Shown here one piece after another: positions 25,532 through 32,831 of a stretch of 64,000 nt of DNA. Every line of letters starts with the position of its first letter. The first letter of the stretch is position 1. The position numbers and the translations under genes were made by a program. The stretch lies in assembly GCA_964457855.1 (NCBI GenBank), contig CAYWEO010000004.1:4127-68126 (forward strand), read 5' to 3'. The notes beneath the pieces were generated by a model. It was not told where the DNA came from. It did no database searches and was given only the letters and a program-made list of their open reading frames with translations. Source of the stretch: an uncultured Opitutales bacterium (GTDB taxonomy: Bacteria > Verrucomicrobiota > Verrucomicrobiia > Opitutales > CAYWEO01).

Positions 25532-25566
25532 AAAAATAAAAAGTTAAATCGTTGATATATAAAAGG

Positions 25567-25983
25567 TTAAATCGTTCTTTTCGAGGGAATCATTCTTTTG
25601 AGTTGCCGCGTATTCTCTATATTTTGTTGAGGTTGCGTCGCTTTTTTTTCTGAAGCGTTTGCTTTTTGCTTAGCCTTGGTTTGCTTGCCCAAGCGTTCGA
25701 TTGCAGCGCTTAAAACCTGTTGCATTCCAACATCATCCGGATGAATTTTCGCCATCGCCTGCTTCATGTCCATAAGGTCTTTCTGCTGAACAATTTGCTC
25801 GGGAGGCACACCGGCGAGTTCCGCTTTTTTAATTGTTTCGGATAATTGTTTTAATTCCTGATCTACACGTTGCATGGCTTTTTCCACGTGATCATTCAAA
25901 TCACCTGCCTGCGCCACCGTTTCATCTGCACTCGGCAGCAGCGCCATTGCTTTCGGTGGGGGGGAATTTGGGTTGTTTTCCAT
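25567..25983 (-). CDS. Small coiled-coil protein in the LcrR/LcrG slot downstream of sctV
   Basis: 138 aa and helical (..DHVEKAMQRVDQELKQLSETIKKAEL..) with a basic tail. Tightly spaced between sctV and the giant ORF. Confidence 0.45.
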   Translation of the reverse strand: MENNPNSPPPKAMALLPSADETVAQAGDLNDHVEKAMQRVDQELKQLSETIKKAELAGVPPEQIVQQKDLMDMKQAMAKIHPDDVGMQQVLSAAIERLGKQTKAKQKANASEKKATQPQQNIENTRQLKRMIPSKRTI

Positions 25984-26034
25984 AGGGGTCTCTTACAATT
26001 TAATTAAATTTCAGGCGATTGTCAAAAAGAAAGA

Positions 26035-28143
26035 TTAGCTCTTTAGACCAATTCTTCCCAAAGGCCGGATGGTGATTTCGTCCGTCAGCTCTTGGTGAGA
26101 CAGGACCGGCAATTCGTAAATCTCAAGTTCAATGAGTTTCCGCACGTAACGCCGAATGTCCATTGAAGTGAGCAGGACGGGGCGGTTGTCGAAGCGGCTG
26201 ATATTGCCGACCTCTTTCTTGATGTTGGCAACGAGTTTCTTGGCTGTTGGCGGATCGAGCGCAAGGTAACTGCCCGCAGAGGTTTGGCGAATCGCCTTTC
26301 GGACAACGTCCTCCACCTCCGCTTCCAGCAAGTAGACGGACAGCGTATTACGCCCACCACTAAACTTGTAACTAATGTAACGACGCAAACTCGAACGCAC
26401 GTAATCCGTCAGCAGAACGGGTTCCTTTTCCTTCTGTCCCCACTCGATGAGACACTGCATAATGAGACGCAAATTGCGGATCGAAATCTCTTCTTGGACA
26501 AGGCGTTGGAGGATTTCCGTAATCTTCTGAATGGGAAGAATTCGTTGAATTTCGCGAATAATTTCCGGAAACTCCTTTTCCATGTTCTCTAGCAAGAACT
26601 TACACTCCTGAATCCCGACAAATTCCCCTGCATATTTTTTCAGCATGAAGGAGAGGTGGTAGGTCAAAATTTGGGGAGTCTTCATGAACAAGATCTTAGC
26701 TTTTTCGAGCTTGGCAACCTCTTGATTCGCAATCCATAACGTTTCGATATAGGGCAAGAAGGGATCACCTTCAGTAAATGGAATCCCGATCATCGAAAGG
26801 TTATCCTTACTTTCTCGCGCAAGAACGTGTCCCGCAAGGAGTTTCCCCTCGCTCATAGGAACTTCGTTCAAAAGAATCTGGTAAACACCCTCGGCTAACG
26901 CATCGTTGTAACGCAGGTGAATTCCCGGAAACGGCACCCCCAAGTCGTGGTACAACGCACGACGGACTTGGATCAATTGCTCGTTAAGCACGTCTGGTTC
27001 AATGGTTTCTTCAACGGAAGTCGCGACATCGAGCATCAAAGGAACCGTAATGGAAAATTTGGCCTCGCCATCTTCTTCGGCGTTTTTGATCGGCGCTTTT
27101 CGAGGAACGTCGGGATCCATCGGGGATCGTTTATCCTTCGATTTTGATGTCTTTTTCGCGAGCGCCTTGGCCTTCATGAGACCGTATCCCACGAGCAGCA
27201 GCAACGTTGCGAGAATGACAAAGGGTGCTTTTGGAAAACCGGGGATTGTCATCAAACCAATGACCATGACACCAGCAAGGATGAGGGCCTTTGGCTGCCC
27301 AAGGAGTTGGTTTCCAATGTCTTTCCCGAGCACAACGCCCTGTTCGGAACCCACTTTCGTGACAATGATACCCGCCGTAATCGATATCAAAAGAGCAGGG
27401 ATTTGCGAGACAAGACCATCACCGATCGTCAAAATCGAGTACGTTGTGACCGCCTTACCAACATCCATTCCGCGTTGCAGAACACCGATCGTCAGACCTC
27501 CGATAATGTTGATGGCTGTGATAATCAAACCCGCGATGGCGTCCCCCTTCACGAACTTCATGGCACCGTCCATAGCGCCGTACAGTTGGTTTTCACGCTC
27601 AAGATCGTTTCTCCGACGTTTCGCCTCGTCCATTTCGATCGTCCCGGCGCGCATGTCCGCATCAATGCTCATTTGCTTCCCAGGCATCGCGTCCAAAGTA
27701 AACCGTGCGGCCACTTCCGCGACGCGTTCGGCACCCTTCGTAATGACGAGGAATTGGACGATCAAGAGGATCAAAAAGATCACCGCTCCAACGACGAAAT
27801 TGCCACCGACGACGAACTTACCGAACGTAAAGATGATGTGACCCGCATCCGCACGCAAAAGGATCATCCGCGTTGCACTGATGTTGAGGGACAATCGGAA
27901 GAGAGTCGTAAAGAGCAACATACTCGGGAACGTCGAGAATGCGAGCACGTTTGGCAGATACAACGCCATCATGAGGAGGACCGTCGCGAGCGTCAGATTG
28001 ACGGCGATCAGCGCATCGAGGACAGCCGTCGGGATTGGGATGATCATCAACGAGATGATCATAACCACAAGCAACGCTAAGAAAATATCACTGAATCGCG
28101 ATAAACGTGCGATGCCTCCGTCAACTATGGCTCCAAACTTCAT
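26035..28143 (-). CDS. sctV: T3SS export-gate protein SctV (YscV/LcrD/CdsV; FHIPEP family)
   Basis: 702 aa. N-terminal polytopic domain with RVAEVAARFTLDAMPGKQMSIDAD and FVKGDAIAG motifs, followed by a cytoplasmic C-domain. Confidence 0.95.
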   Translation of the reverse strand: MKFGAIVDGGIARLSRFSDIFLALLVVMIISLMIIPIPTAVLDALIAVNLTLATVLLMMALYLPNVLAFSTFPSMLLFTTLFRLSLNISATRMILLRADAGHIIFTFGKFVVGGNFVVGAVIFLILLIVQFLVITKGAERVAEVAARFTLDAMPGKQMSIDADMRAGTIEMDEAKRRRNDLERENQLYGAMDGAMKFVKGDAIAGLIITAINIIGGLTIGVLQRGMDVGKAVTTYSILTIGDGLVSQIPALLISITAGIIVTKVGSEQGVVLGKDIGNQLLGQPKALILAGVMVIGLMTIPGFPKAPFVILATLLLLVGYGLMKAKALAKKTSKSKDKRSPMDPDVPRKAPIKNAEEDGEAKFSITVPLMLDVATSVEETIEPDVLNEQLIQVRRALYHDLGVPFPGIHLRYNDALAEGVYQILLNEVPMSEGKLLAGHVLARESKDNLSMIGIPFTEGDPFLPYIETLWIANQEVAKLEKAKILFMKTPQILTYHLSFMLKKYAGEFVGIQECKFLLENMEKEFPEIIREIQRILPIQKITEILQRLVQEEISIRNLRLIMQCLIEWGQKEKEPVLLTDYVRSSLRRYISYKFSGGRNTLSVYLLEAEVEDVVRKAIRQTSAGSYLALDPPTAKKLVANIKKEVGNISRFDNRPVLLTSMDIRRYVRKLIELEIYELPVLSHQELTDEITIRPLGRIGLKS

Positions 28144-28526
28144 GAAATTTTATCGGTTGTTTTGAGACCCAATTCATTCGATGGTCGATTAAATAAGTAC
28201 TTTTTGAGCGCCACTCGCGAATCCTGCAGTTTCCCCAAGTGCCACAACACTTTACTCTGCACAAGATAATAGATCGCCTGCTGCTGCTGATTGAGCTTGA
28301 GCGCATCCGCAACCTCCAAAACCGCGAGGGACTCCTCATGCCGATCCTCCGCGAATAAACAATAACTGAATGAAAGCGCAATGATCGGATCCTTTGGAAA
28401 AACCGTATACAAAAACCGATACAACACCAACGCCTCTGCAAGCTTGTTCTGCTGCAAATAGATGTAGGCCATTAAATGAAGGATTTTCTTATGCTTTTCC
28501 ACGAGTCCCATTAATCCTAATGGCAT
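28140..28526 (-). CDS. Small TPR-like protein, SctY (YscY/Pcr4)-like by position and pattern
   Basis: 128 aa and overlaps the sctV start by 4 nt. The helical repeat pattern ..YIYLQQNKLAEALVLYRFLYTVFPKD.. and ..SKVLWHLGKLQDSRVALKKYL resembles YscY. Confidence 0.45.
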   Translation of the reverse strand: MPLGLMGLVEKHKKILHLMAYIYLQQNKLAEALVLYRFLYTVFPKDPIIALSFSYCLFAEDRHEESLAVLEVADALKLNQQQQAIYYLVQSKVLWHLGKLQDSRVALKKYLFNRPSNELGLKTTDKIS

Positions 28527-28553
28527 TCCCCGCTATACTCAAGCCTTTTTTTG

Positions 28554-28719
28554 GGCGCCGTAGCGATTTGCAGTCGCTGTGGTTCCGTTAAGACGGCCCC
28601 GATTTTGAGCGGCGAGTTCGTTGCGCATCGGATCTCAATGCCATCACGTACGTTAGTACGCTCAGGCATCTCGTCCTCACGCGCCTGCTCGTCATCTTAA
28701 AATCGGGGCATTCCTACGT
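28554..28719. repeat. Family-A: partial left end (28554-28600) plus complete copy A9 (28603-28719)
   Basis: ggcgccgtagcgatttgcag.. fragment, then gccccgattttgagcggcgagttcgttgcgc ... gcgcctgctcgtcatcttaaaatcggggc, with apex catcacgtacgttagtacgctcagg. Confidence 0.8.
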
Positions 28720-28771
28720 AAGGAAATTAAATTCCTGAGGGGGGGGTTGCACCCCTTAAAAACTCCTAATT

Positions 28772-28880
28772 CGAAAGGCATTTTAGGTCGGCCCTACAGG
28801 CCGACCTAAAATGCCTTTCGATATGCTTTTCTTTGAAGGGCCCGGGAAACTTTCTTTTCTTCGAAAAGAAAGTTTCCCGG
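28772..28880. repeat. Family-B composite, copy B4 (h2 variant + h1)
   Basis: cgaaaggcattttaggtcggcc/ggccgacctaaaatgcctttcg (28772-28820), plus h1 at 28842-28880 identical to 895-933. Confidence 0.8.
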
Positions 28881-28892
28881 AATTAGCCTTTA

Positions 28893-29402
28893 TTAACCTT
28901 CATTTAATAGCGCTCTCACATGCTTAGCCACCATCGGCATGCGAACGGAGGAAAGGAAGAGGCGTTCTTCGAGGGAGATGAGGAAGATGTTTTTAGAGAC
29001 ACAAAGGTCTAAAAGTTCGAGGCAGCGGTCATACGCGAGCAAGTGTTCCAGTTTTTTGAGGAAAAGTGCGTCATTGCAGCCCATCTTCAGGATTTCGTGC
29101 ACTTCTTGAAGCCGATTAAATTGGCCAAAACGATCGCGAAAGATTTCGATGTTCCCGTATTGGTATTGAGTGAGCAGTTCGTCGTAAAACAGCGCAAGGG
29201 GATAGCCATTAATGTAGGCGATTGGGCGCCTGAAACGGACCACCAACATCTGGTCGCCGAAATGGCTTTCCGACCAAAAAACATCTTTGTTACGATCCTT
29301 TAAGACAACCCTTTCGATCAAGGATTGCACGACAACAGCTTTATTTTTTAACAGATCCATGGATTCCGCTTCATCCTCGTTTTCGCTAAGACACTCGTCC
29401 AT
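28893..29402 (-). CDS. Hypothetical protein (169 aa, acidic N-terminus)
   Basis: ORF in the same gene train, 8 nt after pssA. No motif recognised. Confidence 0.45.
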   Translation of the reverse strand: MDECLSENEDEAESMDLLKNKAVVVQSLIERVVLKDRNKDVFWSESHFGDQMLVVRFRRPIAYINGYPLALFYDELLTQYQYGNIEIFRDRFGQFNRLQEVHEILKMGCNDALFLKKLEHLLAYDRCLELLDLCVSKNIFLISLEERLFLSSVRMPMVAKHVRALLNEG

Positions 29403-29409
29403 AGGGGTG

Positions 29410-30264
29410 TTAAGGGATATTTTGCGTTGCTTGTGGAGATTTAAAACGACGGCGCCAAACCTTCTTCACATGAGCAAAAACACCGTAAAAAACGTAGGTT
29501 AAAAATATCAAGGCAAACGTCAATTCCTTGAACAGTAGCCCAATCGTGATCGTGATCACAATGCCGACGAACGTGCGTACCTTTGTCTGCGTCGTCCAGG
29601 TGATGTTTTTGAAGTTGGGATAGGGGATGTTGCTGACCATTAAATACGCGATCAACAACATCAGCGGCAACAGCACAATCGACCAAGCACGCAGATCCAA
29701 GTCGTTGATTGCCAACACTAATGACGCGACAAATCCTGCAGCAGCCGTAATGGGTAATCCAATGAAGAAATTCGACGCCTGAGAGTCATCAGGATGTTCC
29801 CGAACCAAGAGTGGGTGCGTTAACACATTAAACCTCGCCAAACGGACCGCCCCGCAAAGGAGATAAATAAACCCCGTCAACCAGCCTACTTGGCGGAAAA
29901 ATGGATAGCCTTCCGTCGGTGACAGGATGAGAAAAAACATCATCAACGCGGGTGCCATGCCGAAAGAAATGACGTCCGCAAGCGAATCGAACTCCTTCCC
30001 GAACAACGACTCTTTACCCGCCATTCGCGCAACACGACCATCCAAAGTATCGCAAACAACGGAGCCAAAAATAAACCACACCGCCTGCGTGTAATAATGA
30101 CGGCTCATGACCTCATCGAGCACGCCGTAACGCGCCTGAATACAGCGGATGATCGCCAAGAAACCGAAAAAGAGATTCCCGGCGGTAAGCAAGTTCGGCA
30201 GCATATAAATTTTCGTCGCTGCCCTGAGGTCCGTAATGTGGACTGCTGGTCTTTCGTCGTTCAT
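29410..30264 (-). CDS. pssA: CDP-diacylglycerol--serine O-phosphatidyltransferase
   Basis: LPNLLTAGNLFFGFLAI and the CDP-alcohol transferase motif DTLDGRVAR...ESLFGKEFDSLADVISFGMAPA. Confidence 0.85.
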   Translation of the reverse strand: MNDERPAVHITDLRAATKIYMLPNLLTAGNLFFGFLAIIRCIQARYGVLDEVMSRHYYTQAVWFIFGSVVCDTLDGRVARMAGKESLFGKEFDSLADVISFGMAPALMMFFLILSPTEGYPFFRQVGWLTGFIYLLCGAVRLARFNVLTHPLLVREHPDDSQASNFFIGLPITAAAGFVASLVLAINDLDLRAWSIVLLPLMLLIAYLMVSNIPYPNFKNITWTTQTKVRTFVGIVITITIGLLFKELTFALIFLTYVFYGVFAHVKKVWRRRFKSPQATQNIP

Positions 30265-30608
30265 TTTTTCCTTAGGCTTTCTAAATACTTCCAGAATGTG
30301 GGGTGTTCTTCAACCAAAATCTCATCGTTCACTGGCAATTTAAATCGGAATAAAAAGTCCGAAAAGCTGTGTTGACGTAATAAATAATGCACATGAATCG
30401 CATCGCCGTCGATACTAAAATAACACCTCAGATCTCCTACACGCAAGCGATAAAAGGTGTCATCGCCACGCTGAAAACGCCCTAGCACAATAGCATCAGG
30501 GTTATTAAAATCCACATCACTGATGGCCTCCATAAGCTTAAGTTGTTCCAGCTTACCCACTTGGTTCATCTCAACGAGACTCTGATCGCTAAACGTTACC
30601 TGCTTCAT
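30261..30608 (-). CDS. RelE/ParE-superfamily-like protein with a C-terminal extension (orphan, no antitoxin seen)
   Basis: The core ..FYRLRVGDLRCYFSIDGDAIHVHYLLRQHS matches the Y(R/K)(I/L)R.G.YR..Y.I.....I.I....HR signature. The N-terminal helical part resembles RelE helices. ATGA overlap with pssA. Confidence 0.4.
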   Translation of the reverse strand: MKQVTFSDQSLVEMNQVGKLEQLKLMEAISDVDFNNPDAIVLGRFQRGDDTFYRLRVGDLRCYFSIDGDAIHVHYLLRQHSFSDFLFRFKLPVNDEILVEEHPTFWKYLESLRKK

Positions 30609-30616
30609 GAAAATGC

Positions 30617-31765
30617 TTACGCGTCCTCCTCATACGGGTGTTGATGTATCAATTGCAATATGTAAAACAAGGTTCCCAACACGGCAGCATATTCTGGCTG
30701 TTTCAACGCAACTTCCGTGTTAACAAAGCTTTCCCGACAATAAACATCGTTCTTAAAAACCTGACTCGCCAGCCTTTCGATCCCCTGAAGTCGCGCACAT
30801 CCACCAACAATCACGACACCACCTGGAATTTGGTTCCGATCGGCAGGAATGCCCAGCACTTTCTTGATCATCTCGAAAATCTCCTCCATCCGGCTCTGTA
30901 AAATTTCCACCACGGCTTTTTTTTTGATTTTTCCCCACTTTTCGAAATCTTTCGATATCACATACTGATCGACACAGGGATCCGATAAATAGCAACCGCC
31001 AAAAAGCTTTTTTAACGCTTCAGCCTCATTAAAATCGATTCCGAACCCGAAACTCAAATCGCCAGTTAACTGATTGCCTCCCAACGGGATCACGCCCATG
31101 GCCATGACACGATCCTCGGAATATAGCGTATAACAGGTAGTTCCCGCACCAATGTCCAAAACAAGAACACCCTTTGTCCGTTCCTTGTCAGACGTCACCA
31201 CGCAGCATCCCCCCAGTCCGGCTGGCACACAGCCCTCCAGAGTAACACCGCCTTTGTTGATTAATAAAATGTTCTTCAGCACAGGCTTGCGATCCGCAAC
31301 TACAGACCAAAACTCCACTCCGAGCTGCTCTCCTTCCCTACCAAGCGCACACGCAACCCGTTCGCCATCCACTTCAAAACCGTTTAAGTGATGCGTCAGA
31401 AAGACTTCCTGCTCGTCCAGCAACTTCGATTGCGCAATTTCGACGACGGTTTTGATCGAATTCACCTCCACTCCGTACTTTCCTAAAGCCAATTCCGCAC
31501 GATTACGAAAACCACGCACGCTTTCCTCGCGATAAACAAGATAAATGGATTTCAAGCGCTTCCCAATCGTCTTTTCGAGGCCAGTAATCACCTGGCAGAC
31601 GACGTTTCCGGCGGCTTCGTCGTCAACAATTTTCCCGCACTCGATCCCCTTTGAAGCCAACACTGACTGGCCAACAACCGTCAACGCCGCGTTCGTCATT
31701 TCTCCCGCAAGCGCAACGACTTTCGATGACCCCATTTCCAAGGCTACAACAGTTTTGCTCTTCAT
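30617..31765 (-). CDS. ftsA: Cell division protein FtsA (actin-like ATPase)
   Basis: ALEMGSSKVVAL, VLDIGAGTT, GGNQLTGDL and GGVVIVGGCARLQGIERLA motifs. Follows ftsQ. Confidence 0.8.
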   Translation of the reverse strand: MKSKTVVALEMGSSKVVALAGEMTNAALTVVGQSVLASKGIECGKIVDDEAAGNVVCQVITGLEKTIGKRLKSIYLVYREESVRGFRNRAELALGKYGVEVNSIKTVVEIAQSKLLDEQEVFLTHHLNGFEVDGERVACALGREGEQLGVEFWSVVADRKPVLKNILLINKGGVTLEGCVPAGLGGCCVVTSDKERTKGVLVLDIGAGTTCYTLYSEDRVMAMGVIPLGGNQLTGDLSFGFGIDFNEAEALKKLFGGCYLSDPCVDQYVISKDFEKWGKIKKKAVVEILQSRMEEIFEMIKKVLGIPADRNQIPGGVVIVGGCARLQGIERLASQVFKNDVYCRESFVNTEVALKQPEYAAVLGTLFYILQLIHQHPYEEDA

Positions 31766-31862
31766 TCAGTGCTGAAAATTCACAAGCCCCCGGTATCTTC
31801 TCCACTTGCACACAGGGAACTTGCTAGGTACAAAGATTCCCGAAAATTCTTCAAAAGTCAAA

Positions 31863-32789
31863 TTACTTTTTCAACCGAACGACGGGCTTATCCAGCCGCA
31901 AATCGATCCAGCTTGCCCGCAACCTGCGCTTCTCAAGCACGTCCAAAATCGCATTCAGCCGGTACAATTGCTCCGAAAAGTCTCTGCTACCAAACGCTAT
32001 CGTTCCGCCATCCTTCCACACAACGGCGATCATCGACCACGCGGCCCCCCGCCTTTTATCGAAGCTTCCCAACGATACTTTGATCCACTCACCGTACAAA
32101 TTGGGATACTTTAAGCGCGCAATTTTTAGCAAGGGATCCACCAACGTCACTTCCGGAATGGGCGCATATGTCCCGTCAGCTCGTTTTTTCGCCACCACCC
32201 CAGCCAAAAACGGCACTTGCGGCAACTGCTTGTAACCGAACGCTTTAAAAATCACCCCTTCCTCGGAAACAAAGCGCGGCAACAAACGCGAGTCCTTGTC
32301 TCGGAAGGCAATTTTCATGGCGGGCTTGTACTCTCGGATGCGAATCCGTACGGTTTTCGGGAAAATTCTCTCCACAACAACGGATTTCACCTGCTCAAGA
32401 CCCTGTAATCGCTTTTGAATCGCATCAATCGAAACAGACATCATGGGCACTCCCACCCGTAGCCCCAAAAATCGCAGCAGCAGAGGAGGATTTCGCGCCA
32501 AAACACCATCGCTTTCGATTTTAATCTCCTGCACAAGTTGCTGAATACCAATCTTTTCGCAGAGCCGCCAGAAACCTTCCTTCACCCACGCCCTTTGCTG
32601 ATAGACAGCGCCAGACACAATCGCCAAGAACAGGATCGTGGCTAGCGCAAACACCCTCCGAGAAGTCCTTAAAAACCGAGGGAAAAAGCGCTGCCAACGC
32701 TCCCGGAAACGCTTGACAGACAAGCCCTTCTGGGATGTTTTCTGCAAGGTCTTCCAGCTCCGGTCGTTAACGTTTTTTTTCTTCACCAT
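31863..32789 (-). CDS. ftsQ: Cell division protein FtsQ/DivIB (POTRA domain)
   Basis: Basic N-terminus, single TM (VFALATILFLAIVSGAVY), a POTRA-like ..VKSVVVERIFPKTVRIRIREYKP. Position between mur genes and ftsA. Confidence 0.65.
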   Translation of the reverse strand: MVKKKNVNDRSWKTLQKTSQKGLSVKRFRERWQRFFPRFLRTSRRVFALATILFLAIVSGAVYQQRAWVKEGFWRLCEKIGIQQLVQEIKIESDGVLARNPPLLLRFLGLRVGVPMMSVSIDAIQKRLQGLEQVKSVVVERIFPKTVRIRIREYKPAMKIAFRDKDSRLLPRFVSEEGVIFKAFGYKQLPQVPFLAGVVAKKRADGTYAPIPEVTLVDPLLKIARLKYPNLYGEWIKVSLGSFDKRRGAAWSMIAVVWKDGGTIAFGSRDFSEQLYRLNAILDVLEKRRLRASWIDLRLDKPVVRLKK

Positions 32790-32831
32790 GATGTCATCAA
32801 ATTGCGCTCACTATTCGCCTACTTCACTTAC

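Noticed and set aside
27002-28080. Long plus-strand ORFs (279 aa at 27002-27841 and 257 aa at 27307-28080) antisense to sctV.
   Set aside because: They lie entirely inside the strongly supported sctV gene. Their translations are low-complexity (Ser/Pro/Arg/Thr-rich) with no motif, which is typical of antisense open frames in a gene with biased codon usage.
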